From contig NW_026515674.1 of NCBI RefSeq assembly GCF_025526975.1, forward strand, positions 620,001-684,000: a stretch of DNA of 64,000 nucleotides, read 5' to 3'. The translations under genes and the position numbers were made by a program. The notes under the pieces are model-generated. The model did not search any database, had not been told where the DNA came from, and saw only the letters and a program-made list of their open reading frames with translations. Below are positions 11,073 through 24,973 of the stretch, piece by piece. Within the stretch, counting starts at the first letter, position 1, and the number at the start of each line of letters is the position of its first letter. This stretch comes from Fimicolochytrium jonesii. Its lineage: Eukaryota.

Positions 11073-14000
11073 ATGTCCACCATGTCTACTCGAGCGGCCA
11101 ACAGCCGGCCAAACTCCAGCATCGGTTCCCACCGGGACGTGCAGGAGACGAATATAGCTGTCGTAGTCCGTGTCCGGTAATTTGAAACTGGACTGTTTAG
11201 CTACGTTCCGTTCTATCCCCGCTTATGCAAACGGGACTACTCCACAGCCCAAGAAATCAGAAGGAGATTAGGGAGAACAGTCCAGTAGTCATAACGACCA
11301 ACGGCTCGCGAGGGAAAGAGCTGATCGTAAAATCAACACTGGGAGACTCGACGACGAAGACGTACAGCTTCGATAGAGTCTTTGGGCCGGAAGCGGACCA
11401 GGAAATGGTGTTCAACGACGTGCTGGCGCCGATGTTGAAGGAGGTGCGGAGGGGTCGCGGTGTTTGGAAGAGGAGCTGCCGTTTTGCTAAGAGGGCGAGT
11501 TTCGATAGGTTTTGATGGGATATAATTGCACGATCTTCGCTTACGGTGAGTTCGGAGTTTCGGGTGATGGGGTTTCCCTTTGACGCGTGGCTAACTTTCT
11601 CTGATTTTCAGGTCAGGTATGAGGTCGGCAAATTGCTTGTTGCAAATTCGATTTTGAGGGCTGATTGGACGTGTTCGGCTTGTAGACTGGAACGGGGAAA
11701 ACCTACACGATGGAAGGCGACCTCACGACGGTCAAAGGGGAACATGCCGGAATAATCCCACGCACGCTGCATCAGCTGTTCACTACTCTGGAAGCGGGAG
11801 ATAATGCTGAGTACTCTGTCCGCGTCTCGGTATAACCATCGAAGACTGTAATCTTGACCGTGAACGAGAGATTGCGGAGACTAAGGGACATATTTTCAGT
11901 TCACGGAGTTGTACAACGAAGAGCTCAAAGATCTCCTCTCGCCGGACGAAGACTCCCGCAAACTCCGGATATTCGATGATTACGCCAAGAAAGGGTCTAT
12001 CGTCATCCAAAATCTGGAAGAGACGCCGGTGAAATGCGCGGACGATGTCATTGCAGTGCTGCAGAAAGGATCGAATAGGAAGCAAATCGCTGCGACGAAG
12101 ATGAACGAAGTTTCGAGGTACGTTTTTGATTCCGGGAAAGGTTTGGGAAGGTTAGAAGGCTGACCTCGGGTGTAGTCGATCGCACTCGATTTTCTGCATT
12201 ACGGTCAACACGAAGGAGACGACGCCAGAAGGAGAGGAATTATTGAGGGTAGGCGGTGCGTCACTTTTGGGAGATTGGAGCACATTGGTGCTAACGCCGG
12301 ATCGAAAGGTGGGGAAACTGAACTTGGTGGATCTGGCTGGATCCGAGAATATTGGGCGGTCCGGAGCGGAGAACAGAAGAGCCAAGGAAGCGGGCATGAT
12401 CAACCAAGTGCGTAGCTTTTCTTTTGCCGTGGAGCTGTGAAGAACGGCGTGGGGCTGAAGCGTGTCTCCCGTAGAGTCTATTGACGTTGGGCAGGGTGAT
12501 CAACGCCCTCTTGGATCGAAATCTGCACATTCCGTATCGGGAGAGTAAATTGACGCGGATTTTGCAGGATTCCCTCGGTAAGTTCGTTTGCTCCTTCGGA
12601 TTAGTCCAACATTTCGCCTAACCCTTTCTTTCCAGGTGGAACTACGAAAACGTGCATCATCGCTGCAGGTACGTCCCTTGCCCGCACAATTCGACTGCAG
12701 TCTGGGAGAGGACGACGACATTGACATATCTCTCAGTCTCACCTGCCAGATGCAACATAGAGGAAACTCTCTCGACAGTGGATTACGCGCACAGAGCAAA
12801 GAATATCAGAAATAAACCGGAAGTTAATCAGAAGATGACCAAAAGAGCTTTGCTGAAAGACTACGAGGTGGAGATCCAGCGTTTGCGGACGTTGATCGAG
12901 GTGAGTGACGTTCGTGACCATTATATTACACAAGTAGGAAGCTGACCTCTTCCCTTCCGTCATAGGCAGCGCATAAGAAAGACGGTGTTTTCATGCCCAA
13001 GGAGGTGAGTACAGTGATATCGTCGGTCATTCAGGTTGTGCGTTCGCTGAATTCCAGTGTATCGTAGATGTATGACAGTATGATGGCGGATACGAGCGGG
13101 AGCAAGGAAGAAGCCGAGGCTCTTTCCAAAGCAATCAAAGCCGCAGAGGAGAAATACTTGCAGCTGAACACCCAGCACAACAAGAATATGGAACTGCTAT
13201 GTAAAACGAAGGAAGAGCGAGACGATTTCATGGTAGATCCTAATCCCCTGAGGCTCCGGAATGATTTTTCGCGGTGATTAACACTCTTGCAGGCGGAATC
13301 CGCGTCCAAAGCTCAACAGCTTGAGGAAACATTCCAGCGCCTGAAAGACCTCGAGAATAGCTTGAACGAGCAGAAGCTTCTGACTGGGTAGGTGACATCG
13401 ATGCTGGGAGTAGGGACGGTCAATGACGCTGACAGGCCCCAACAGGGCACATGCCGCGAGTGAAAGAAAGTTAGATCGGCTCGCCGCCGGCCTAGTGGTG
13501 ACGCTGAAGTCCAGCATATCTGATGTGGAGGGTCTGCATGATAAGATTGGTAAACCTCACGCTCGTGCTCCAAATTCCTCACTACATAGACTATCTTCTA
13601 AGTGAAACTCAACAGGACGGAAGACGGCGCGGGAAACGGAGAACCGGCGAATTTTCGGAGAGTTCCAGTCCGGTCTTCTCGATCAGATGCAAACTATCGA
13701 CTCGCAGATAGGGAACCTCACGTCTGCATCGACCAATTTCTGCCGAGAAATGGAGGGGACGATATCTCGGGGGTCAGAGACCCTGCTGAAGGTACCGCTT
13801 TTGGAACTTGACTTTATATGCAACTCAAATGCCGAACCTCAACATTTTGGTACGAATAAAGGACCTGACCTGCGAAATCGAAAATATCGGCGGGCATCTG
13901 GTAGACGCCGCACAACGAAGCCAAAACTTCCTGACCCAGAGTAATACGCACGATCAAGACATTGGGCAGCAACTAGAGCATGTTTCTACCATTGTGCGAG

Positions 14001-15739
14001 AACTTCGGGCCTCGCTTTCGGAAAGCCAGAAGCGGTACCAGGAGACGAATACCAGCCTTTTTGGGAGTCATAAGGATCTGGTTCTGCAGCATCAGAAACA
14101 GGTATTATTTTGCGGATGTGTACTCGAGCGCAATTGACTGGAAGTTGACGGTCATGCGCAGATGCAAGAATGGAGCCTTGCTCTGAAGGAAAGCGTGAGT
14201 AACGTCAACAAATCCGTAATGGCGTTCATTGAAGACGAACGATCGACAGCGGAAGCCGTTCACGTGGAGAATGATCGTCAGCTTAGGCGTGAGGTAAGTC
14301 ATCGTAGCAATTTTTTCGAGCGCTCCATTGTGGAGTTATCTTAGGGTTCGTGGATTGATGGTCATAAACGATGCACAGATCGAGAAGCTGCGAGAACAAA
14401 ATCTGCTTCTTCAACAGCAACTGGCAACCAACAAGCAAAAGTCAGACGCAGGAGCTGAAGCGCTCTTGGCGGGCATCGCAAGCTTAGTGGCAAACTATCG
14501 CAGTCAATGTGACGACGGCTTCACAGCGATTGGGCAACTGTCGAGTGATGTCACCGAAACCCACGCTGCCCAATTGTCTTCACTGGTTGACCACAATGCT
14601 GCTGCATCTGCTGAAGCGAGAAGCTCCAGGGAACAGTTCTCCGCTCGGTTCACTCGAGATACGGATAAGTTGACGGAGGAGATCCAGACAGAAGTGCAGG
14701 TAACTCAAATTGTTCCGAAAATCCTATGCAATACAGGACCTCAACCGAAACGTCATAGGGCTTGGAAGTGACGGTGCAAGGCTTTGTCGAGCAGTGTGGT
14801 ATCATTGAGAATGCGGTGCAGGAAAGCATAGGGAGCACAGGGACAGCCATTACCACGGGTTTGGACCAGATTGTGCAGGGCCACGCAACGGGTATGAGCC
14901 CTGCGACTGTTCCCAGACCAAGATTACTGGCTGCAGGAATGCTGACCTTTGCTGTAGGCAAGCAATTGCTCACACAACGGAGCGAGAAGACCAGGGAGAT
15001 GGTGATGGATCTGCAATCGAGCACTTCAGACTCGTTCGATGCGGTGCAGAAGGGGTTATCCACCGTACGAAAGACGGCGAAGAATGAGCATCAGTCTTGG
15101 ACGCAAATGGTATGAGTTCCTGTTGTGGACAGCGCGCTGTATTGTGTGAAATCTGACTCGACGAAAATCTTCCGCAGCTTACGAGACAATCAGGCGTCAT
15201 CAACGACCATCGCGGAAACCTTGGTTCGCACATCAAGCGGGCGCGGGACGAAATTGAATGCAATAAGCTAGTGGAGGACCAGCCAACGGGCCAAACACCG
15301 CAGAAGAAGGCATTCCGGTAAGCTTTTGCTTCAGTCTTCCCCACTGTTCCAGTGAGTCCTTCCTCTCACCTTGTCTGGGTGGTAAATCCTTCATAGCTAC
15401 GCAACATCATGGCAAATAACGCGTAACCACGACGAGATCTTGCGAGAGTACCGCCAAAATGGGCGCATGGTCAGCCCGACCTTTACCGCCCGCTCCTTCG
15501 AAGACGCGTTGGTGGATGCGCCTATCGACGAGAACGAGGAAAACTTCCTTCCTTCCGCCGCCGAAGATGACCGGGCGACCGACCCATTCAGCGACGGGAA
15601 ACGCGGCGACGGCCCTCCTATCGGAGTCGGCACACCGCGGGGCGCGAGCAAGCTGCCAATGATGATGAAATTAAGGCAGAATAGTAGGAAGGCTTCCGAG
15701 AGCCCCGTACCGTTCCGGGGGTTGGAAAGTGGGCAATGA
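11073..15739 (+). CDS. Kinesin-5 (BimC/Cin8/KIF11 family), many introns
   Basis: [72 protein letters not shown], coiled coil, BimC box PTGQTPQKK. Confidence 0.95.
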
Positions 15740-15972
15740 CATGACATGGGATGCTTTTGGTGGAGCGACGGCTTGCGATACGTCAGACGTTCGGAAAGGG
15801 GACTTCCCTGTATAATTAGAGGACCATCGTGTAAAATGTGTTCGAGGGTATCTATTAATGTTGGACAATAGGACTTTCCCAAGAAGGGACCTATGCAAGA
15901 TGCGCTCGCAGCAGGAAGCTATGCGAAGGAACAACACATGAAGACTACGTACTGTATATTCAATGATTCGCA

Positions 15973-16938
15973 TTACTCCACCCCAATCTTTCCGGCACTA
16001 CCAAACTTAAAGATTTTTCCAAACCGGAAATCCGTTTTCTTTAGCGCTTGCGTGATGTCTGCCACGGCAACATTCTGATAAAGAAACACAGTGTCAGTGA
16101 AGGCCATCAATCGAGAAGCAAGAACAGTGCCGTCGTCCCTTACCGCAGCTTCTTTCATGCCCAATTTCCCTAATGACGGCCGTTTTTCGTTCTTCCCGGC
16201 CCCAAGTTCCGCTAAACACCACAACTCCACCACCCCACTCGGCCCCAGCTGCTGCATATCACCAGTGCACGCAACAACTTCGTCCGAGACGCCCGCCCAC
16301 ACGTCAGGTGTCCCGGCTATCATCCAACGGTCACACTCGTCGAGATTCCGTCGGGATTTCGTGATGCTGAACGTGAGCGTATGCCGTTTCTCTAGAGCAT
16401 TTAGATAGGGTCTGAATTGTGGGCATCGTCTGATCAGATTGCAAAGTTCCGCGATAGGCGTGTGGTGCGGCCCTTGCGTAAGCGTTATGTAGGCTTGTGG
16501 TGGCTCGGTGGCGGCACGGTGGCCTGGGAGGTCGTCCGGGAAGACCAGCAGCTCAACGTATACTACGGTTGGTGTTGGCGGTGGATGGATAGTATTTGAC
16601 GAAATGCTGGTTGCGTGAGGCAATGAGGTCCGTCGAGGCTGGGGTTCGGATGCGAATCCTGCTGGCGGCGGGGTAGGCAATGAGGATTTGTGGGCGGACC
16701 GGCGTGACCGTGGTCGCTCGGTAGATGGCGGCATCTGCGACGATGGAGGCCTCGGTAATGGCTGGACGGCGCGACCCTCAGGAGGTCTTTGATCGCTTTG
16801 CTTTGCCGCTTCCGGAGCTCGATATGCCGGGGTGGAATTATATCTTGAGGTATCTTCGTTAGTTGCGATCATGTTTGTGCATGGGATGATGGGTAAGCCA
16901 GCGAATGCGCAAACATAGGAGCCTAACTGCTGGGTCAT
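15973..16938 (-). CDS. Hypothetical intronless protein (~320 aa), Pro-rich N-half and globular C-half
   Basis: 336-aa ORF; start codon uncertain; no recognised motif. Confidence 0.5.
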   Translation of the reverse strand: MTQQLGSYVCAFAGLPIIPCTNMIATNEDTSRYNSTPAYRAPEAAKQSDQRPPEGRAVQPLPRPPSSQMPPSTERPRSRRSAHKSSLPTPPPAGFASEPQPRRTSLPHATSISSNTIHPPPTPTVVYVELLVFPDDLPGHRAATEPPQAYITLTQGPHHTPIAELCNLIRRCPQFRPYLNALEKRHTLTFSITKSRRNLDECDRWMIAGTPDVWAGVSDEVVACTGDMQQLGPSGVVELWCLAELGAGKNEKRPSLGKLGMKEAAVRDDGTVLASRLMAFTDTVFLYQNVAVADITQALKKTDFRFGKIFKFGSAGKIGVE

Positions 16939-17579
16939 TTGTTCTGGGAGCACCATGTGAGGGATCTTCGTTCCTCTTTCCAAATGTCGGAGTTGTTGTC
17001 GGATCTTGTTTGCCGTGCGAGGTGAGATCGTCGAGAGCAGGAGTCACGAATTTGAATTCAGTGACGAAAGTGCGTAGCCCTGCTCTTCACTGCCCCTCTT
17101 CTCTCGAACAGGGGATGTCTTCTAATCATGGACTTCCTCTTCCTATTGCAAGTGTATTTTAGTTTAGCGCATTCCTAAAACGGAAGGCTAGAACGGTTTG
17201 GCGGTAAAAGGTGTGTGTTCTCAGAATGGAGCCTGTCAAACAAAGAGAAAGCGACAGCGCGAATAGCAATGACATAGAGAGCATAGGGATCCACCAAACA
17301 GAAAAACACGGTGCTCTGAGTCTTTTTGCATGTGGGGCGGCGATGAGGAATCTCTTTCCCAAGTGAACAGTCGTGCTCTCCGGATCTATGGATTCTCTCT
17401 TGAAGAGCACCGCCAACGAGGAAAAAAACACAGCAATCCGTCACTCAACGGCTTCTGGCCTGGTAGCCATAATCTGATCTCTTACTGAGAGGAAAATATC
17501 AATAGACTGTTGACTACCTCAATATCTAGGAGACCTGCGGACAACTGCTGAGCACTTTCACCACCGAACACTTACGAAG

Positions 17580-19401
17580 ATGCTTCCGATCTTCAGGCCT
17601 CGTGTCGCCCTGCGCCGCGGCGTAAGTGCCTGCACATCCACCAGGCCATCGTCCACTCAGGGTTTCTCCAATAGGAGGTCCACCTCAACTACTCTTTCCG
17701 AGACTGTCTCCCTTCGCGCGAAGAACTCCACGCGAGCGTGCACCGCCGCGGCTTTTATCACCTCTCGAAGCCTAATACCTATCGGTCGTCGATACCTCGA
17801 CTCAACAAAGGCAGCTGGTTCGATAACACCGGCTTATACTCGCAGCAAGCACACAACAGTCTCTCCCGCATTTGCAGCTCAATTCCGATCATTTTCCGCC
17901 CCTTCGTCCGTTCCAAAACCCCCATCCGCTGGAGATGCCGAGTTCCTAGACTCTCGGGCACGCGAGGTCATCCACGCGGACGAAAATGCGCATCCATCCA
18001 CTGCCGCTCGTCTGAAACAGGATGCCCGATATCTCCTACAGCTTTACGGCCGACCGGATGTTATATTTACCCACGGAAAGGGTTGTTATTTATACGACCA
18101 GGCCGGGCGAAGTTTCTTGGATCTCGCAGGGGGAATCGCGGTGAATGCGTTGGGGCACGCGGATAAGGAGATCACCTCAGTGATTGCGGATCAGGCTGGA
18201 AAGCTCATACATCTCAGCAACTTATATCATAACGAATACGCTGGGCCATTTGCGAAGGCAATTATCGAGTCCTTACCGAAAGTGTCCGAGGGAGGGTTGG
18301 CACAGCCGGGATCCAAGGTGTTCTTCTGCAATTCTGGAACGGAGGCAAATGAAGGTGAGTTTGTTCTCGAGTGAAAGTCGGAAAATTTGCGAAACTAATC
18401 ATCCGGACTCCTGTAAACTCAGCTGCATTGAAATTTGGGCGAAAGTTCGGTCGACAAAATCTAAAGGCTGGTGAGGTACACACCAAATCCACCATCGTAT
18501 CATTTACCAACGCATTCCATGGCCGCTCTATGGGGTCGCTTTCCGCAACACCATCAATCAAATATCAAACGCCATTCATGCCTCTGATTCCGTCATTCGT
18601 TCATGCGCCACTGAACGATATTGAGAAGGCGAAACAGATCATAGACGATAATGTTTGCGCCGTCATTGTGGAACCTGTTCAAGGGGAGGGTGGAATCAAC
18701 CTCAGTTCGAAAGAGTTTCTGCAAGTGCTAAGGAAGCGTTGTGATGAAGTAAACGCGGTCTTGATTTTTGATGAGATCCAGGTGGGTCATTCTCAGTTTT
18801 TGCTTTCCAAACCTCCCATTTTTCAGTCCTAACCGAGCGAAAATAGTGCGGATTGGGCCGGACAGGATCCCTGTTCGCTTATGAGCAATTCGACATTGCA
18901 CCAGACATACTCACCATGGCGAAACCACTTGCGAACGGAATCCCCATCGGTGCCGTCATTGTGAGCCCTGAAGTCGCCAAACACATTCACCCAGGCGACC
19001 ACGGCACAACCTTTGGCGGGTCCCCATTCGCCACACGGGTCGGCCACACTGTTTACAACCGAATCAACAACCCGTCCTTCCTCGCCCACGTTCGCGAAAT
19101 GGGCGAATACCTCCGACGACAATGTGAGGAACTCGCAAGTAGTTCTCCTCTCATCTCCGAAGTTCGTGGAGCAGGTCTCATGGTTGGCCTGCAGATGCGG
19201 GCGTCCGTTGATCCCAACCTGTTTGTTGACATGGCTCGTGAGCAAGGAGTGCTGGTTATCAGCGCTGGAAACAACACCGTGCGTCTCGTGCCGCCACTGA
19301 TCATCACCAAAAAGGAGATCGATGAGGCCGTGAGGGTCTTTGAGGATGTCATTACGGATATGGAGAGTTATATCGCCTCTGGGAAAGATCTCAAAGGATG
19401 A
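17580..19401 (+). CDS. ARG8: Acetylornithine aminotransferase, mitochondrial
   Basis: DLAGGIAVNALGH, FCNSGTEANE, FHGRSMGSLS, VEPVQGEGG, IFDEIQCGLGRTG, PDILTMAKPLANG, HGTTFGG; two introns. Confidence 0.95.
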
Positions 19402-20639
19402 CGGAGAGGATTATGCGTCTTGCTACCCGTCGTCTTCACGAGCCCGTCTGTGGGTCTCGCCGTCTCACTTCCCGCTTTGCGCGTAGTTTCTGTAGTTTTG
19501 GTAGGTCAGAGCAGGATGGGGGATTTTGACGCTCTTGTATCGTTCGTATGTTCTCTCGGCTTGCCCGCTTGATCACCGAGGGAAACTCCTTAAGGAATCA
19601 TAACATTCTTTCTCGCTGTCCCTGTGTACCATTCAGAATCGACAGACTAAGGCGGACCGTTCCGGTGATCGGAATCGGTCATGACGCGATCCTGCGCCCA
19701 CCCAATAGTACCTGTTGTCCGCATTTGTCCGCTATGGATGTTGTCTAGCGGGTAACTGAGCGGGTAATGGGTTTTGCGGATTCCTATCGACGTGACGACG
19801 AGTTCCAGTTCGGCTCCCGTGTTGAAAACCCGAGGGTGTGGCCCAGGTGTGGCCCTCACCACCGTTAAGAGGACTATCACTGATCAGAGTTTACAGGCCA
19901 GCAGGCTCCTGGCAACTCCAACTCAGACTACAAGTCGAAGAAACCATCTGGCCGACCAGCTAAGTATCAGCCTTCCGAGGATGACTTGGAGCGTTTTCGC
20001 AGCTTAGCCCTTGCAAGCAGCGAGACACGAGCCAAATCACTCACAGTTCTTACAACTGAATTCACAGAACTCACAGGTGTCAATCAGACTTATTTAAGCC
20101 TGCGCGGAATGGGTGGACAAGCGTTGGCGTGTCAAATAAGTGCCAGGAGTTGCTTTGGCAGGAAGGGTCGTAGGGATTCGCTCGCTAATGAGTCGTCGTC
20201 CTGCAGGCTGTTCTGCGGTAATGCACTGGAAAGGAATCGCAGCGAGGAATGGGTAACTGCATGTGCCTGCGTATGTCAAATGCGAGAGGGCGACAGAGGA
20301 GACGAGGACGCTGCTGCATGCATAGCGAGTTCATGATGGCTCCAAGTCCGACGCTCGAAGACGCTCGAATTGTGCATACAAGTTGCTTTGCGAGTCAAGA
20401 TTATTGCTTTGAGCGGTGTCATCCCAATTTACGTACCAACGGCACATGCACACACTGTAACGGAACTGTTGACACGATGAAACTGTTATTTATCGGGTTT
20501 TGCCTCTTCCATCCTGAAAGAGGCTGACCAAACCGCACTCGTCACCACTTCGGCTCTGGACATCACGGCGCAATCTCGGACTCCCATCGACCTATAACTC
20601 AAGCTGAAAGATATATTAGGCACACGAGCTTCCAAACTA

Positions 20640-22260
20640 ATGGTGTGTTCCAGTTTCAACGGGCCCTCTCCACACTATCAAGAGGTTCAGCACCACATGC
20701 CGCTTGACTTCCGGGCAATGACGATTTGAAACGGGGATGTATGAGCTAACCGAACTGCCTCGTTTTCACACGCCAGTCGTTTTTTGGGAACGGAACGAAT
20801 GCAACCGCTGGTGGCAGCAAAGCCGAGCAGCGAGAGAAAGCCAAGCAGTTTATCTCTTTCACGAACGCCAGGTACTTTTTCGTGAAACCTCAATTCTCCG
20901 TCCCACTTTGCATGCGGAGAAGCTAAAACCAAACTCATCTCTTCTCTCGGCTAGTGAAAAATCCGCACAAAAGTACCTAAGAGATAATAGTGAGTTGTCA
21001 CTGCATAATTCCAGCCAGGGTCGCACGCACGCCGTCATATTTTCGGGGGTCTTATTCACTCAGCCACCCACGACCGATGTAGGTTGGAACATTGAAGTCG
21101 CGGTAAATAGCTACTTTGCGACGGATGGGGCGAAAAGTGCGCGGCCGGGGTCGAACGTAGATCCGAGGAGATTGGCGGCGTTGTTTGATAAGTATAAGGG
21201 TGAGTGCGGTCTTTGGGTGGTATGAGGAGCAGGCTCAGTGGTGCGGTAGGGACCATGGGGTCCGGTCTCTCAGCAAGCGGACTGATCCTCTTTCTGATTA
21301 GATCCAGAAGAAGACGCAATCCTGCTCGAGGGGACGGAAGAGTTGTGCGGTATGTCGGAAACCTTCTGTGATTCTGCACATCCGTCAAACTCACATCCTC
21401 CCCTCCTCTAGGAGATCTCAACATCGACCCAACGGATGTAGTAACACTCGTCCTGGCATGGCATCTACAATGCCCACATATGTGCGAATTCCGGAGGGCG
21501 GGATGGCTAAGCGGGTGGACGAGTCTAGGGTACGCGAAACAGCATTTGCGGCCAACCGCTGCTCGTTCCACGTATGATGGGAATGTGACGTCGGATGTTA
21601 TTGCAGATGCGATACGATTGAGTCCATGCGGGAAAGTGTGGCGACCATGCGGGCCGAACTGGAAGATCCGGGTACATTCAAGGACGTGTATCAGTTCACA
21701 TTTGCCTTCGCGAGAGGGGAGGGACAGAAGAGTTTAGGTGTGTACAGGGGATGGGTTGCGTCGGATGTCTGCGTACGTCGAACGTAAGGGCCAGCGAATG
21801 TTGATTCCTGCGTCCGCGCAACCCTCTCTTGCAGGACTGGATACGGCGGTAGCATTCTGGGAACTGTTGTTGCACGACAATTTTCCACAGCTGCCATTGT
21901 GGATACAGTTCCTGCGGGTATGTTGTGGAGGATTCGCCGACTTTGAGGGAGCCCCGCAAGAGGCAGCGCTGACGAAGCCGTATTTATGCAGGAAAAGCAC
22001 AACAAGGCGATCAGCAAGGATACGTGGAATCTCGTACGTACTGTTTTTGTGATGGGTTCTACACTGAGGGGTGCATATGCTAACGTTCAGGCGTCTTTAC
22101 CTCCACTACTCCCCACCAGCTGCTTGACTTCATAAGAACGATCGACGAGAACTTTAGTAATCACGATGCGGAGAGCGCATGGCCAGTGCTGATTGATTCG
22201 TTCGTCGATTACGCGAGGGAGAAAAAGGTAGCCCCTGACGCCGGGGGAAACCCCGGGTAA
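20640..22260 (+). CDS. DCN1: DCN1-like cullin neddylation E3 (UBA-like plus PONY domain); start approximate
   Basis: Spliced [80 protein letters not shown]. Confidence 0.9.
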
Positions 22261-22387
22261 AAGAGCGAAAAATCAAAGGGAAGGGCAATGAGGGGACGGG
22301 CGTTTTTGACATCTAATACGGTGAACTATAAGCAAATCCACGCCCCTTCCAAAACTCTTTTCATTACTATTCAAAGTACACTACTAT

Positions 22388-24114
22388 CTACACCTGCACC
22401 TTCTTCACAATCTCGATCTTGAGGGCTTCAGCTGCTTTCCGGCCTTCCATCATGGCTTTCAGTTGCTCGACTTTGCCTCTTAGTGTCTCGATTTGGTCCT
22501 TCACGTCGCCGCGGACGTAGCCAACTCGACGCCAGGAGCTTCGGACTAGTTTGACGTTGTGCCGGAATTGGCCAAGTTCGACGCCCAGGCCAGCTAGATC
22601 TTGGGTCAGGCCTTTCATCTCCGAATTGCATTCCTGGGAGAATCAAATCAATATTTGCGACGATGAGCACACGCAAATCGTGCGTAGCGGGCATGCGAAT
22701 ACTCGCTAACTCACATCATAAACGACCAAATCCTGCTTCAACTGCCTCTTCTGAGCCTTGCTCAAGCAATCGGCGCAGAATAGATCCAGTATCGGCGGTG
22801 CGATCTTTTCACTCTGTTGGTCTACATCCCGCTTCTGTATGGAAAGGACCCTCCTCACTTGCTCAACCTCGGACTTTGTCTTCTTCGCCAGCTGGCTGGT
22901 GTTGACCGCATCGACCTGTAACCGGCCCAACATATCGTCCGTACTCTTCAACGAATCGTCGAACGTATCTTCCAGATCTTTCAGCGACTTCCGGCCAAGG
23001 AGAGTAGCGTCCAAGGCGCGTTCAATTCTCTCAAACTGGTCGACCATATCCCGAAGCGCGTATTCGGCGTCACCTTTGAGCTCGATGAGGGCGTCGACGG
23101 TGCCTTCGAGGGCGTGTGAAGCTGCGCGGAGTCCGTCGGCGACTTTGACTCGGTCGGTGAAGTTTGTGTGGTAGAGGACGGCCCATTGGAGGCTATGCAG
23201 GTTGGTGGACCGCAACGCGAGGGATTTGGGCTCGGGCAGGCCGTGGGTTCGGATGACCAGCTGGTTGCGAACGAACCAAGTGTGTCGTTAGACACGCACG
23301 TTTATGATACCTTGCCGACAAGCCGGCATTTAGTCCTTTACCTGTTGCCCTTGGTCCACCGTCTCGTAAGTAGATTTTGTGATCAACTCCACGGTATCTT
23401 GTAGGTTCTGCTGTTCCTCAGCAGCAAGCGTAGCACACAACTTTGGGGATAGATAGGCACCTCCATGCCTGCACCATGAGCGCGTGGTATCAGTCCGCCC
23501 ACATGCCAAAGCCAATGGCGGGAGCTTATCGATCCAGACGGAGTCGCATGCAGGTATGAGTGACCCAAACATTCGCATTGGAGTTCCAAACAGTAGCACG
23601 GCGATATAGCTTGCTCATGGAATCAATGTGCTAGTCAGACTTCCACATTTTGTAGACGCTTTCCTGGCCTTTTACTCACCCGACGACGGCAGCGGCGATG
23701 ATATATGGCACAAACGCACTGAGCGTCCCCAATGCCACTTGCAGCGCAACGGAGAACACAGGTCCCAAGATTCCCCTCACTATTCCGAAGACTTTGCCGA
23801 GTGTGCCCTCAACTAAGCCAAAGAACCCTGTCACTTGGCGATAGGTGGCGTCGGACTTCATGCGTTTGTCTCCCCGGCCGCTCGCACTCTTATGTGGAGC
23901 GTTTGATGGGTCGGGTAGGTCATCGAAGGAGTCCTCGCTGCGATCAGCGAGGGGAAAGAATGCTTAGCCGGTGAACAGGGAAAGACCATTGACGTTTAGT
24001 GTGTTACCTCTCTGCGGCGATCGGGGTGCTTTTCCGGGGAGAGCGCTGGACACCTTCTGGTCTGTGGGCCTTTCTCCTTTGCTTTGCTTCTTTGAGCGAG
24101 AACTGTGTTGGCAT
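22388..24114 (-). CDS. Hypothetical multi-exon membrane-anchored coiled-coil protein
   Basis: Hydrophobic segment FGIVRGILGPVFSVALQVALGTLSAFVPYIIAAAVVG then long heptad-rich exons with GT-AG boundaries. Confidence 0.55.
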
Positions 24115-24973
24115 GTTGGCAATGGTGAAGTGAAAGATGAAAGGAAGAAAGGAGTGATGCTTTTACAGTACAGCGATTCTCACTGACCTCACTGATGACA
24201 ATACAGTACAGTATGGCGATGACATCGTTTCCGTACACGCGCCAAGCTTCATGTGGCTGTGTCGTCCATAACAAGTCCTCGTCTTCACAGGTCTCGTTTC
24301 CGTCGACTATCGCAAAGAGATCCAAGGTTCTGAAAGTTTTCACCGACGAGGACTCGACCTCGGACTCGGACGAGGGCAAGGATGTGGTGGAAAATGAGCG
24401 TGTGTACCCGTACAGTACTTGCTCGGCATAACGGCCGTAGTTGAAGTTGAAGTGATACAAGTGATCATTGGCGAACCGATTTGTATAGCCCCGCATTGTG
24501 GCTAACCCTAGCCTCAGCAGATAGAGATATGGCAGGCGTTTACTGAGCCTCTAGGGGTGCAGTGTAATAGGACCTTGCAAAAACATCACGGAAGATTCTC
24601 TGGGAGGTTGTTGGGCTGGATGCTGGGCTGGATGGTATGGGACGCGTTAGCGGCTGTGTATTTCATGTCGCTGTCCGAACCTCCCTCATGCCGCCGAGAA
24701 ATGTCATGTTCGGAATGTGGAAACACACAGCACGCCGGAGGGGGAGCTTCCCGCAAGCACACGCAAACAGCCACTTGCGCTTATCCTTAGAGCCACTTTC
24801 GTTTTCAGTCTCGGTTGAAGTGGGGAGGACGCAAAGTGGAAAGGGCTGGCTGAGCGGGATCACCAAGTCAACGACACACTGCCACTAGTCGCGTCGGAAT
24901 CTTATCCGGACGAACGGCCTTCTCCCAGCAATATTTGTAGGACGTGGCAGACTGAGCGAAGAGAAGGGCGGTC

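Noticed and set aside
23996..24496. 166-aa minus-strand ORF as a separate gene
   Set aside because: Overlaps the inferred first exon of the downstream gene in another frame and has no recognisable motif; cannot be supported
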